A stretch of DNA of 63,115 nucleotides, the filler included, from Sphacelaria rigidula (taxonomy: Eukaryota): NCBI GenBank assembly GCA_964200075.2. It is 7 parts of 7 records of this genome, joined end to end, with 100 filler letters (N's around TTAATTAATTAA, not from the genome) between each part and the next. Parts side by side here need not be neighbours in the genome. Positions count along the whole stretch, not along the records: positions 9,033 to 17,963 come from CAXNAA020009721.1; positions 18,064 to 26,994 come from CAXNAA020009722.1; 5 more parts are not named here. One strand, 5' to 3'. Below are positions 12,480 through 26,110 of this stretch, piece after piece. The notes under the pieces are model-generated. The model was not told where the DNA came from. It saw only the letters and a program-made list of their open reading frames with translations, and did not search any database. The first letter of the stretch is position 1. Each line of letters begins with the position of its first letter. Made by a program: the position numbers and the translations under genes.

Positions 12480-12733
12480 CCCACTTTGGTCATGCGAGAC
12501 AAGCGCGCCGTGCATGTTGAATACCTGCGGTAATGCGAGACCCCCGCCCAACACGTTTTCACCATCGCATCATCCCCCTTATTCAGACCCACGGTCGAAC
12601 CACGCATATAACGCATCACTCCTCTGGTGGCCGGCATTTCACTGCAGTCAGTGGCCAGCTGCATGCCCATAATTACCCCCGAGATCAACAGCTGGAGTAT
12701 GTTTTTGAAACAAGCGCTTTGGTGGAACAACAT
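12480..12733 (-). mobile_element. Possible highly degraded Ty1/copia RT-RNase H junction
   Basis: RGVMRYMRGSTVGL...CWAGVSHYRRYST loosely resembles copia KRVLRYLRGT..GL...DWAGD.DDRRST; spacing imperfect. Confidence 0.25.
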
Positions 12734-14112
12734 TTTGTCTGAATGAAAACTCGGTAAGCACGGAAAATCACCCCATGCTGTCCTTGGGGGTGGTTTCTGC
12801 TCGCAAAGAGGGACTGCCCATAAAGTTAGAGAAGCCGACGTTGAAGGCCAGATCTCGATACTGTTCCGAAAGGAGGCCGCATTCCCGAAGGATCAAGCAC
12901 GGCGCGAGGAAAGAACCAGGATATATCACGTATAGAACATCTGTCTCTCATGACCCTTGACCTGTCCCCTATCTCCCATCCCCTGTTCTATCGGCGTTGG
13001 CGTGTGTGTGTGTGTGTGTGTGTGTGTGTCTATGCGTGTGTTTTCGCGCAGGCTCACAAGAACCACTCACATCTGGTCGAGGATTCGCCGTTCTTTGCAT
13101 CTCAACCTTGGTAAGTGTGGGTGCTTTGCGAAATCGTCGCATTACTGCAGGTGCTCTACAGAGTATATCACCCCGGTCGATATGACACCCTAACCTCGAA
13201 TTTCTCCGTATATACAAGATCCCGAACTGTCAGAAGATCCCGGGAACAGAAAGATATCGGGTAGTGGAGGATGTCACCCGAGGTGATAAGAAAAAATCGA
13301 GCGTGAAGAGCACGTCCTCAACGATTCTGGGGTTCCGTGATTCCGGTCCCGTAGACATCATCCCGAAAAGTCATTCCCCATGACCGACAGCTCGCTAGCT
13401 GTCTGGTCCCCAACGAGAGACTGACTCTGTAGGGTTATCAATCTGGCGTGTCTCGAGCCTATTACTCCACATCCACCAACCCAAACTTTTCGTTGTTTTC
13501 GTTTTTCTTGCTCCCCCCCCCCCCTCCCCACGTAGTAGTAATAGTAGTACTAGTAGTAGTGGTATTGTATGATGAGTGTCCATAAACTAACTCCCCGGTT
13601 GTCTCCCCACCCCGAATACCGCCTCCACTCGATCGGACAAAACCTCAGATCATCTGTATCATGGCGTGGGCATGTATGTTCAAGTGGCCGCAGTTTTTCA
13701 GCGCGGGGTCTACGGTTCTCCTGCTCTTGCTGAGCTTGGCACCCCTGCGCCTATCCGTTCCGATGTTGAAGGCTTACATGGCGCACGTGCGGAGGGGTCG
13801 GGAAGCCGTTGCGCAGCCCTCTGCCCGCCGACGGCAGTAGCGTCTGTGCTGTATTCGTGCAAGCATGCGCCATGAAAAAAAAGAAGAAATCAACAGTCGA
13901 ATTAATATTTTTTCTTTTCTTATGAGGATTCAACTCGCTTGTCTCTCTCCGGGATTGCCAAAAAATAAAACGAGAACGAACCTTGGTGAGAGAAGAGCTT
14001 TTTGTTCCGAAAAACGATCGCACAGCGGTGCGGGCGTTTTCCCTTTTACTTTTTTATTTTCCCGAAATGCGATTTAGTACTCGGGGGGGAGTTTCCGCTA
14101 TAGTGCTGTCGT

Positions 14113-15126
14113 CTAGCTAGCCCGACATGACCGCGGACTACGGTTCTGGAATCCCGCACTGTACGAGTGTGGTACAACGGCTTGAAAGTAGTGTGTAGCG
14201 TGCCGGACTTGTTGAAAAATGATTTCGAATGCAGTGTAGTGGGACCAACGGTGTACCTGTACCCGCCAACAAGACCTCCGGTATCGCTGCCGCCTGTCCG
14301 TGGACGACGTGTATCGCGTTCGAAAGAGGTCTTGATGTATGAATTCGTCGCCTGGAATCTAAACACAGCGCCCTTTGTGTCATTTTCCAGCGAGAGCGCT
14401 GTACGTACCGCAGGTTACCGTGTAGGATTATACATCACCCGGTATGTTGTTTATCACCCCCCCCCCCCCTCTTTTCACTGTATTACACCGCGTGTGGTGA
14501 CAACGCTGTACCCTTAAATATTGTCCATACACCACTAGTACGTTGTATATCACCCCTTTCCTTTCTCCTGGATAATAACATGAACGGGTCGTACTTTTTC
14601 GGGTGTATTTGGCGCTGTACAGGCACGTGGGGTAGTTCGTTACTGTTGGGATACGTTGTATACCATCCTGCCCGTACAGGTTTGATTCACCCCAGTGCAA
14701 TGAGCGTTCGAGGCCCCCAAAACTGATCAACCTCGGGCAGGGAGCCGTGCGAATCGACGGCAAAATAACGCTCATCTGTATAGATCACTGAGCGCTCTCT
14801 AGGTGCGGTGCGCACACCAACGAAGCCAACCATGTACAATGCTTCTGAGGTGAATGTCTTTTTTTTTTTTGCAGTTGCATGCATGATCAACCATAGTCAA
14901 CGCGGTGCGGGAGTGGTTGTCATCCAATCCGCGTTGTCAAAATATCGGGCAAATACTTGCACCGAGGAAGAGATTGCTTGATCCCTTGAAACTTTGAACT
15001 CGTTCCGAAGAAGGGGAGGGATTGGAAGCATCACGAAAAAAATAGCGAAGAGTAGTCTCATATCGCCCCCCTTCCCCCAACGAAAATAGGGTCCGCCGAT
15101 TATCCGCGGAGCTGTCGGCCAGCTAG
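14113..15126. mobile_element. Possible non-autonomous TIR element
   Basis: Imperfect inverted ends CTAGCTAGCCCGACATGACCGCGGA and TCCGCGGAGCTGTCGGCCAGCTAG; TSD not resolved. Confidence 0.3.
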
Positions 15127-15860
15127 CAGTATTGTCCCAGAAGGTCTTGTGACCAACGGGATAGAACGGGATCCCGGGTGTGTTGTATAATCAGACAAAA
15201 ATTGTGTTGCACATTTTGTGCGCGTGGAGCGTGTTTCAATTTCCATTCGGACAAGAAATTCCTAGTGTCATCTCTGTCATACCCTACCGTGTGTGCGCAC
15301 GTGTATTTTTTTGTTTTCTGCGATGACTTACGCGGAAGGGAATCTGCGTGCCGTTGATGGTGGGTACTCCACAAAAGTTGCATTTTTTTTTTCAAGTGTG
15401 CGGTGGTGATATTGTTCGACATTGAAATATGACTGAGACCGACCCAAGCTGTACGTTTTGGTCGCTGTGTAAGCTTGCTTCGTGATTTTAGTTCCCTACG
15501 CGACAGACGCTAGACGTCGCTCGCATGTGATTTTGCTGTGCAAAGTACGTGCGAATAGTAGAATAGACGCGATTCTTGATATACGAACCCCCCATATCGG
15601 GTGACAAGTCCAAATACTTCGAATGTCGGGTTGCTCTATGTACGAGTTGTGTGTAGTGATGCCTCGAGTAGGTGTTGGTCGTCCTTGCTCTTGCCGGACA
15701 GCTGTGCATGTGTGGCGATGTGTGTGTGTTTCGTTGGAGCTACTGTTGTTGTCGTTCAACCATGGTGTGGCATTTTTGTTGTCTCAGGGATGTTGGTACT
15801 GTACCACGATATAAATAATATATGGCGTGATCCTACAGGGAGGGGGGGGGGAGGAGGAGA

Positions 15861-15935
15861 GGGGCGTACTCATTTTTTGTTTGCCACAGTCGTTTGACCA
15901 TTGACCGCGCATCCCTTGTGAGACGGAGCACCGGG
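15861..15935 (+). repeat. GTACTCAT element between G tracts
   Basis: GGGGCGTACTCAT...GACCATTGACCGCGCATCCC...GACGGAGCAC; G runs on both sides. Confidence 0.7.
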
Positions 15936-16011
15936 GCGGGGGGGGGGGCGGTGGGATGTGGAACAAGTAGGTTTAGGGGCGTGTTAGCCGACCCGGCACA
16001 GNNNNNNNNNN

Positions 16012-16072
16012 GGGGGGGGGGTGGGGGGGGGGGGTGGGGGTGGTCTTGTTTTTGTGGGGGGTGTGGGGTGGG

Positions 16073-16124
<52 letters not shown>
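16012..16124. repeat. Poly-G tract beside an N gap
   Basis: Long G homopolymers. Confidence 0.8.
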
Positions 16125-17231
16125 GTTGTGATGGTGAACAAGTAGGTTTAGGGGCGTGTTACCCGACCCGGCACACCGAACCTGCGCTTGTGTGTGGCAG
16201 AGGCGTTGCAACGCGGTCTGAATGTATTGCATGTGCTTGTTGTGTTGTTGTGTCGATGCCCCCAGAGCATTCATAAAAATACTTGCTGTTGATCGCGAAC
16301 GCTTTCAAAGTCGTGGGCTTCTTGGTGCCTGAAGCAAGTGGCTTCGAAGCCCCCCTCCCCCCGCAATCTTCGGAACACTCGCGGACGCATGTGGACAAGT
16401 TCCCACTCAGAAGGGTTGACCGGGGAGTACAGACGGAAAAATTCCTAGTGCCTTCGGAATCGTTGCCATGCATGTGACATATTGCATTTTTGGGGGCAGT
16501 ACCGAGCCATGTGAAAAGAGGAGGGGGCAGCGGGGAGAGTAGATTATGCATGCTTGATGCTGTTTTCTTGTTGAAGCGGACGTTACTGTGCAGTGAAACG
16601 AGTTGCTTTATCTGAGGAGAAAGAGATGACCCTTAGAACTTTGCGCGTGAGTTTTGATACTGTAGCACCCTGCCGTGAGGAAACTTCAAAGGAAAGGAGG
16701 GTATATCTTATATATTTCTCCTTAATGGGGAACCGCCTAAATCGGTGAAAAAAACGCGGATTTCTTCTGCTATTTCTCTTCTTTTATTCTTTTTGGTTTC
16801 TGCCCAACGAACAAACACCAGTGAAAGTTACCCCGCTACTCTTTTTTTTCCGTCATTTTTTGTTTATTTTCCCTGGCAACATTTTTCCCAACGGTTTTGT
16901 CCTGCGAATCTCGTACCGGCAGTAACCACCGAAAGTTCGAAGTATACATATGATTATCACTTAATTGATAAATTGAAATTAGCACATGAATATCGTGCAG
17001 CGTGTATGTTTTGTTGCTACGAAAACAGTACAGTACATCAACAAGAGCACAGCGCGCCCGGTTCTCGCAGCAACATGGATGGCCAAGGCATCGATCATAA
17101 CCCGGTAACACGGTCGGTGCGATCCCCACTGTTTCGCGTGTTTTGTGCTGGAGGGGGGGGGGGAGGGGGGAGACACTTTGAAGAACACACAGTTTCAATA
17201 TTTTCAGTCCACACCGACCGCATCGACACGT

Positions 17232-17800
17232 GACAATGTTTTCGTGAGATGAGAATGCAGGATACGATTGAGAGTGAGATGCTGTCAATTAATGAACGAA
17301 ATAGCTTCAGAAATGCCCCCCGGGCCTTCCCGATACGCTTTCTGTAGTAGCTTGCCACTGCAAACAATGCTTTCGTGAGATTGAGAGTAGAGGATACGAT
17401 TGAGAATGAAAAGCGATCGATAAGTGACTTGATCCTTTCAGTTCCAAAATGCCCCTCCACGAGGCCCAATGTACTTTCTGTAGTAGCTTGCCACTGAGGC
17501 CCTTGATATCCCCGAGTAGGATGTCGACGTGTAGCTGCAAGCATACGCCAGTGATAAAGGAAAAGAAAAGCGCATACGGAGTGAAAAAGTGCCCAAGTTA
17601 AAGCGAGTGATGAAGGTCACTCTCAATCAGCGCTCTCCTCTCAATCTCACGAAAACATTGTTTGAAGCCTTTGGTATCCCTGAGTAGGATATCGACGTGT
17701 AGCTGTAGGCCCACGACAGTGTTACGGGAAAAGAAAAGCACACACAAGATAAAAAAAATGGTCAAGGTAGAGCGATCAATAATACTCAACAACCTCACGG
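17232..17800. mobile_element. Older copy of the AACA-TIR MITE, interrupted by a younger copy
   Basis: 17232-17362 and 17663-~17780 rejoin to a sequence colinear with the inner element (CTTGCCACTG^AAGCCTTTGGTATCCCTGAGTAGG). Confidence 0.7.
17363..17662. mobile_element. 300-bp MITE, TIR AACAATG(C/T)TTTCGTGAGATTGAGAG, 4-bp TSD TGCA/TGAA
   Basis: Both TIRs visible; same family at ~8864-8932, 36126-36268, ~44996-45055 and 57279-57568. Confidence 0.85.
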
Positions 17801-17963
17801 GTAATTCCCTCGCACACACGCTTTCGCGACGTGATCAACCCCTCCCGTGCCAGACTGTGGTCTGAACCCCACGTCGTTTTACTACTCTCGTACTTAATCC
17901 ATGTTCTGTAGTGTGTGGGGGGGGTGTACCAATGATCTTGCATGCCATAGTCATACGACCATT

Positions 17964-18063
17964 NNNNNNNNNNNNNNNNNNNNNNNNNNNNNNNNNNNNN
18001 NNNNNNNTTAATTAATTAANNNNNNNNNNNNNNNNNNNNNNNNNNNNNNNNNNNNNNNNNNNN
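17964..18063. other. Artificial contig linker
   Basis: N44-TTAATTAATTAA-N44. Confidence 0.97.
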
Positions 18064-18188
18064 ATCTACCCTCTTTCCCCACCCGACCCCCTTCCGATCC
18101 GGTCAATGGTCAAACGACTAAGGCAAGCAACAAATGAGTACGCCCCCGCTCCCCCCCCCCCTCTCGTCCGATTTTCGCTCAATCGTAG

Positions 18189-21100
18189 TGTGCGCTTTGA
18201 GGGATATCTCATGGGACCAGTCAACGGTACGGTCGTGTTCCGGGCACGGGCGGATGACCTGTTTCGCTTCACTGTAGACGGCAATATTCTAATGGACTCT
18301 GTTTCTTCGGGTGGGGAAGTGTCTACCTCCATTCTGGAAGGGAAAATCGGAATGGTTGAGGTGCGTACTGTTGCATGTATTGTATGTCACGTACATTGTG
18401 AGGTGACACGGACTGCATTGTTACCATACAAGAAGACGCCGAAGCGTCTGCGTCCATGTCGGAAGGAATAATCACATTGGTTATGCTCGACAGATATCTA
18501 AACCACCTTTTGTTGTCTATGCAGGGGATGCTGTACCCTGTGATCGTGGAGCTGGTTGAACTCCTGGATTCGGCGTCCATGACTCTTCTGTGGTCTTACG
18601 ATGGAATCAACGACAACGGCGACCTGGTACGGTGTAGCTGACTCGACCTGGGCTTTGGGGCATTTAAGCCCTTCCCCACGCCGTGCTGGTGTACGGGCCT
18701 TCTGCTACAACCCACGCGTTCAGACTATTAAGTTTGGTACGACAGTAAAGCCCCAGCGTGTTGGAAACAGAACTAAAATCTGAGATCTGGTGCGAAAGTG
18801 AGAGTTAGTAGGGTTGCCGGTGGTGCGCTGAGACAGAAACTTTGAACCCGATCAAACCACCCGCGTTGATATCATCTTCAGACTGTATATGACGCGAAGC
18901 ATTGTAGCCATTGAAAATCAACTGACCATACCCGCGGTGGAAGGGTTACAGCATTTGAGGCATTGTGTAACACCACCACTCGGAGCTAACTCCTCTGTGA
19001 CATTGATCTGAACTCTATCTCCATCGTAGACTCTGGAATTCGTCATGATCGTGGGATCGTCTGGGAAAGAAAAATGTTGACCAGGACAGACATAACATAC
19101 CATCTCACCTGTTAAACCCTTGTACTATTCCCCTGTTGCGGAAAGTCACGTGTTGACAGAAGTATGCGACCGAGGTATACGCCCGGTGACACTATGTTTA
19201 CACTTACAACTAAAGCGCAGTCACATCACACTTTCGAGTACGATCATATCTGGTGCGCTCCTGATATAACGTAGGAGAGGATTCCGGCCTCGGCCCTGTA
19301 CTCCACGCGCCACCTGGAGGGCTCCCCCGTTGCGGTATCCATTTTTCCAGGGGAGGTCAACGCTTCAACTTCTTTTGTGGAGGGAGATGGTTTGCACGGC
19401 TGCATCGCCATGGAAGAGGTATGTTGTTTCCTGTTGAAGGTGCATGACATCTGCATCTCTACCTTACGTTGGCCCTTGAACTCGTACAATATAGGGCGGT
19501 AGGTGAAAGATGAGCGTTTGTTGAGCTCTTTCTAGGAAATGCTGTCGCACCCCCGGATGGTCCCCAATCATCCTTGTATTGTGCCCAAACCCATGTCTCA
19601 ATCAATGAACGGTGTGTGGGTAAAGCAGGGAAGGCAGCAGCAATGGGAATGTCGCTAGCCTTTGGTTGGAAACGCCATCGCAAGATGGGGTAATATCTGA
19701 TCTCACCTGGTGTGCTTCAGACTCCCCAAAACCATGCTGACAACGCCATTTTATGGGAACGCAATGAGGTCGATGTCCCCGAGTACCTCCCCCTCGTGGG
19801 GACAACAAATTGGGCTTTGTACCATTCCGGAGACGCTTCGAGTAAAGTATCTTCTCTTGATTTATAGGTTGCTGTGTTGGGTCGAGCTTTTTGTTCGAAT
19901 CTATTTTTGGAGTCGGTGTATACGCCTCCAACCTTTGTCTCACACGCCAGCCTGCTTTTAATCCCTCTTTCCTCCCCCCCGTCCCCGTCTACAGATCCTA
20001 TCGAGGACGCATGATCAATGTCTTGGCAGCTGCGACGGCAAAACATGATCACGTGCCCGTCCGTAACCCCCTCCTGTCGTTGAACGACTTTCTGTTGGCG
20101 TGGCAGTGCTCCTTTACGATTAACGCTTATGATAGCAAGGAAAACAAGCGTTTCGCCTCTGGCTCTGACGACTGGGAGATGACAGTAGACGGGATGAGCG
20201 GCTGGGCATTAGAGGGTAGACAGGGGGAGTTCGTGTACATCAACGAGGCCCCCTTTTCCGCTGCATGGTTATGGTGAGTGTGTGTGAACGCCCGGGAAGC
20301 CGAAGACTCCTATTTACAGCAGATCAATGCCCAAACTTTGGACGAGTAGGCTTAGATCGAGGGCTATACGCTCAAAATTCCGTTCTTTGCCAACCGAATC
20401 GAATGTCTCAAGGATAATCGTTGTGGCTTTCACCTCTAACATCACGCGTTAAGGGCGATGTGATTAGGTTTTCATGGTATCCGGGCCGCTACTTGACGTC
20501 TTTTTTGCATCAGCTTTGAAAATATTGAGTACTGAAGTCGTATGTAACGGATGTTTGCCCACAGTATTGCATATCGAAAACAAAACGCTACTCATTATTA
20601 CAACTGTTATATTAATCAGAATTTCCGGCAAATATCCAATCGTTGTCTATCTGGTTTATGTGGTTGGTGTTCCCCCTGAGATTTTCCTTACATTCCTTGC
20701 TTTTCGTGGACAGGTCTGCCGATGACTGGGAGTTCGTGGGCAATGTCACTTGCGTCATGGGAGAGTCGAATTGCAATGCAACTGAAGATCTTAGCAGCGT
20801 CGTGCAGCGGGGCGATTCAATTGCCGTCGCGGGGGCGGCGTATGTGGTAATAATCCCGACATCATGAGTGACGAAGTCAACATTTTTCATGGCATACTAT
20901 TACGCGTGTATTTGTTTGTGGTGAATGTATCTTTTGACTAACCGCGATATTATGAGTTTCACTAGCAAGGGGAAAGTGGTGAGGATGGCAGCGCTTCAAG
21001 TCCTTCGTCCATTGATTGTTGCATAGCAAAGAACTATAGGACGACGATACAGTATTTCGTTCTGGGTATGCAGGGACTCGTTCGTGGATGGTCTTTTATT

Positions 21101-24100
21101 TGTTTTTTGTTAAATATTGCGGTTTAATCGTAGAAAAGCAAGAAAAACGTCAAGACGGAAGTCCGACAGAAGATAATCGAATGTTTCAATGACGGGCAAA
21201 ATCCTCAAAAGTGAAATGGAATACCGGCCGCGCTCTCAGCAACGTTGACGACGGTGCCTAGCCACTCACATGCTTACAGATCTCTTGTGCTGTCATGTAC
21301 ACCGGGTTACAGAACAAACCATGCCCTTTTCCCTTCAATGTAGCCATTACTCTAACTCCATACCTGGGCTGTTGTGCCACCCCGTAGCACCATGATAAAC
21401 AGGAGACCGGACGTTTCACTGACACCAGCGGTGCTTGAGCATCAGGCCCCGGTGGGTGGTCTCACCTAGCTGCTCATTTCAAACATACCATACCGCTGAC
21501 GGGATCCTATTGTCTGCTTGCACAACAGGTGGACACCGATCTAGCGGCTACCTTCGATTCGCAGTCTTTGCCGTTTTCGTCTCCGTTCCTTGGGGTATCT
21601 GGAAACTACCAAGTCTACAAAATTGGCGGCAACACGGGCACTTACACGGTCTCCTACATGCCTCTCGTGCGGGGTAATTATTCTATCACCGTTAAGAAAC
21701 CTGCGGCCTGGGAAGTACAATTGGTGCAAACCGAGACGGAGGACACTGGGGCCAATTTATCAGGTATGCCGAGTCGACCACACGAGCAGCACCCCGCTCA
21801 TGGTTGGTCCCATGGAACTTGCAAGAGGTTATTTCTTCGCGACGCACCCCCATCAATGGGTAGGTTCAGAAACCGTTAATAGTGCAGTCTCCGTTGTCTA
21901 CCCACCACTCTGTGCAGTCAGTCTAGCGCACTGGAGTGCATTTATTATCGTTCCGCGATAGGCCTAACCTCCTCGCAATTTTCAGGAGCTCAAAGCCTTG
22001 TCCATGCATATCTGATCAAGCGTAGCATCCCATTCCCTCGAAAGTGCCACCACCGCTGCACTTTATCTTCTCGACCACATCAGGTGATTTCACTTTAGCG
22101 TATTCAGGAGAAACGACACAAGCAATCTCCTACGATGCCGGCGCCGCGGACATCACGGAGGCGCTAGGGAACCTGTCCGCCCTAGCCAATGCCAATATTA
22201 CCACCGAAAGTGTTAATTGCACCACTCCCGAGGTGACCTGCGGGTGGCGGGTGACCTTCAGCGGATTGTACGGAGACGCCGAAATGCTGGTGCCTGATTC
22301 AGACGGACTATCAGGAAATGCAGCCGATGTTTCTGTTGTCGAAACGACGAAGGGTCAGATCGCCGCTGAAGTTGGAGGTTCTCCCGTAACGGTACGATAT
22401 GGCTTTGCCGCAGTTTTCAAGTGAAAGCTGAAATTGTGCCGATGATGGCATAGGCCACGTTTCATCTTGTTGTCCTCTGTATTTCGTACAAGATAACATG
22501 CTCTACAGGAGTGTGTAGGCTTTGTGCATATGCGAAGCACAGAGTGTTATTCTTTGTCGTGGGATGCTCCCCTAACACAATACGACCTTCCACAGCCAGG
22601 GGTGAGACCGTTTTATTTGCGTTTACTTATTTTGTCACACCTTGAACTACCTCCCACGATTTCGAGCGCTATCTCAAGAACCGCGACTTTACAAAATCGG
22701 GGCGACCTGACCTTTGCACTGAAGTAATACCACGATTTCCCTTCACGTGGGCATGTTCTGTGGACGTACGGTAACCGTACCGCTCACGCAGTGCTTTGCC
22801 TCCCATTGCTGTGTTTGATGTCTTGTGTGCAGTCGGGTATACGATCAGTGTTTTTATTGTTACACGTCCTTGGGAATCTGCAGTAGCGGTGTGTTCTGTT
22901 GCTTACTCAACAAGCGCGCGCACGCTCGACCCCATCAGGTTACCGTGGTACCCAACGTTGCTGATGCCGCCGAGAGTACAGCATGGGGCAGAGGACTGTA
23001 CGAAGCAACGGCGGGGGAGCCGGCGAACTTCACCATACAGGCACGGGATTCTTACGACAACAACAGACTGACCGAGCAGGTGAGAATGTTCAGTATGTGA
23101 CGGTGACCATCCTCATGACAACTTTGCAGCAGAGACTTGAAAAGGAAACTGTGAAACACAGTTTACTGGAAATTAGGCTGCAGGTACCGACCTGTGCTGG
23201 AGGATACCGTTTTCATTGTATATCCCAGTACCAAGCGATCATTACCCAACAAGCGGCTACTTTTATGACTTGAGCACGGCATTCACTTGACATCGGCGGG
23301 CGAGTCGCTGTCGTCGTACGTTACTGGACTACTCTGATCGCAACTAATGATTTTACGCTCTCATGTTTGCGGCCACTACCGTATCCTGCACGAAATCTAT
23401 CAAGTGTACAGACTGTTTGGCAACATTTGTGTTGTGTTTGTGAGCACAGCACCATTTTGAGAGCTTCGGAAGAATCAACAGAACTGTCATGCCAACAAGA
23501 ATCCGGTGAAGCGGCATTGTATATCCCTCAACAATTGCTCTGATTAGTGACGGATTGACGGCGTACAACCGTTTCGGGGAAAGCATAGAGCACGTAACGA
23601 TCACAACATGGCTTCAATGCTGTCATTATCCATCACGTCCCGTCATGAATCCCCAATGATGTGGTTCACCTTGAGCACGGGTGCAATTCTTCCGCTCTTG
23701 AATCTACCACTCAGGAGAACACGACATTCCTCGTCATAGCGTTTGCGTCAGATGCAGATCCTGGTGATGCTCCTCCGGTATACGGCAACGTTTCGCCGAT
23801 AGGAGACGGAGCCTACCATGTGTCTTTCACGCCTACTTACGCAGACATGTGAGCCGTACAGTGTATACAAAGACCCAGTACACTTAGCGCCGGTTCGAAC
23901 CAGCGTTGCGGGTTGATCTGCGTGTATCGCGCATTCTGTAGTGCAAGAGGTAAGCGGGTGTGGTGTGAACATGTGCCGCAGGAGTGCTTTTTCCATACCC
24001 GACTGAGTACATACATGAATTACGCCTTGAAGTCCGTGCTTTCGTTAGCTCGATTTCCTGTCCGTAGGGATGATTCCTACCCCCTACTTGAAGACGCAGT

Positions 24101-25840
24101 CCCTGCCCGATGTTCTCGTCTACGCATTTCCATGTCGCGTAGTCGTTGCCTTGATACCGAATGCCCTTGCTGCTTTAGGATCATGCAGCTTGTAGACTAT
24201 AAAACAGGTCCAGATTGCACCGCGATTACCGTGAAAGCAGAAACGACTTTGATTGGCAAGCATTCAGCAAGCGTAATGGTATGCAGATTCAACAAACTGA
24301 TCTACCTCTATTATTTCGTATCAGCTGTTGAGGTTTTCCTTGGCTTGTGGCCATGCAGTGTTCCTGGTCGTACTGCTGCACACATTTACGTCGTCGTAGG
24401 TTTCTGTAGTGTCCGTATTTTTGTTTCTCTCTGCTTTCTCTTTCTCTCCATTTATCTCGCTCGTTTTTTCTTTTTCTCCTCCAAGTCTCAGTGCTTCCAT
24501 CGGGCTCGTGGGTGAGAGCTCATGCACAACTAGTGTGGTTCCGAAGTAGCTGAGCCGCAAGCTGTTTCTAAGGTCGATTTGATTTGTCTTGCGTATGATT
24601 TGTATGGGTTTTGAGTCCGTCGTTTTCCATCCGAAGCCATTCTGCAGGGGTCCGCCATTTCTAGGTTTCATTTCGATACCCTTTCATCGGGACCATCTCA
24701 TTTTTTTTATCCTTCCTCCTTCGTTTTCTATTTGTTTTGTTGTTGTATTTTCCCACTTACTTTGCGCATGTTTTTGTGGGCCATTTTGCTTTTTCTCAGT
24801 TAATGTCTTTGTTTTGTTCACTTCCGGTACGTCTACGTTGTGGATAATGACCACAGCTGGATCTCTCGGTGATCCATTCGTGTGCTACACCCATCGATGA
24901 ATCAAGCAAAGGTGGCGACATTCGCATTAAAGAGAGTACATTCGCTTTACAAACACCAACAACGCCCTGAGTAAAGAACAACTTGCGAACCATCAGTCGA
25001 AAATGGCGAATCCTCCAACTAACGCACGATGATGGGTACCATCGAAACTGTCGCATTTCGTGTGGTTCGTCACAGATACACGTTAGCTGTTCTGATGTCT
25101 ACAGTGGTCGAGCGGCAATCGTTCGCGCTTGAGTTCGACTCTGCTGCATCAGCGTCTGGTTCTTTTGTCATCAAAATTGGAAGCTCGGACGCGACGGTTG
25201 CTATTCCTCACGACGCGGTGAGCAGAACGTACAGACAACTTGCGGGTCAGTTTGAGGCCTCAGAGGGTGCAAGGAAGTCCGACTTCCGAAAGGGCGCCGG
25301 CCTAGATCAGCAAGGCTTTGAAATACTCCCTCGATCAAGCGAGATGAACGGCTAGCCTCACACAGTGATCATCCCCATAGTTCCGGTGAATAATGCGAAA
25401 GTCTTGTCCAACTCGATGGCATTATTCCCCCAATAAAGATCTGTATTGATACCAGTCTGAACTATTTTCAATCGCGTGAATATCTGTGAATGCTCACTCT
25501 ATCGAGAGGAGTCTGTACTTTGCTTTTCTACAAACTCTTCAAAGGATGCATACCTTCACTGCTTGAAATATCCTCTGGTAGACCCGACGCCAATCGGTAG
25601 ATACAAAATGCTTTGCCCTTATCAAGCGAATCTGCACAAGCTGACCAAAATCCTCCCCATCGGTGTACCTCCATCAGACGGCGGCAACGGTAGCGAACGC
25701 ACTATCGGCGGTGGGAAGTATAGGAAACGTCACTGTTGCGCGGGAGGATGCATCCGTCACCACCGGATCTGCCAGCTGGACGTACACAATCGACTTCGAT
25801 CATATGGTCGGGGATGTGGAAGAGCTCACAATCATATCAA
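18189..25840 (+). CDS. Partial multi-exon gene: large PA14 plus filamin/Ig-like repeat protein
   Basis: Phase-consistent GT-AG exons 18189-18360, 18525-18626, 19275-19418, 20107-20273, 20714-20846, 21529-21763, 22084-22391, 22939-23079, 23715-23848, 25076-25217, 25678-25840 (alternative donor after 25857). PA14-like VRFEGYLMGP..GTVVF..RADD..RFTVDG..LLWS; filamin-like STAWGRGLYEATAGEPANFTIQARD, GDGAYHVSFTPT, GSPVTVTVVP. Confidence 0.88.
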
Positions 25841-26074
25841 GTGAGATGGACCTTCCGGTGGTTGTCGTTCACGCTTAGTTGGGAATAGCCAAGTCTTCTA
25901 TGCGCTGAATATGTGATCATTTGAAACGTAGCTCCACGGTTGGCATTTTTGTGCACCTTTCTTGCTCTCTCTGGGGAATTGCATGTGTGGAAAACATAAC
26001 AATCGACCGGCCGCCGAGGGATGCTACGGTAGGGGTGCAAACACATTTTCTGAGGTTAAAATTGTTTGAAGCCC

Positions 26075-26077
<3 letters not shown>

Positions 26078-26109
<32 letters not shown>

Positions 26110-26110
26110 A
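26078..26110. repeat. (GATT)n microsatellite
   Basis: Tandem GATT; another array at ~61873-61898. Confidence 0.9.

Noticed and set aside
15957-16175. Direct repeat GAACAAGTAGGTTTAGGGGCGTGTTA(G/C)CCGACCCGGCAC around poly-G
   Set aside because: Spans an N gap and homopolymers; probably a scaffolding overlap artefact.
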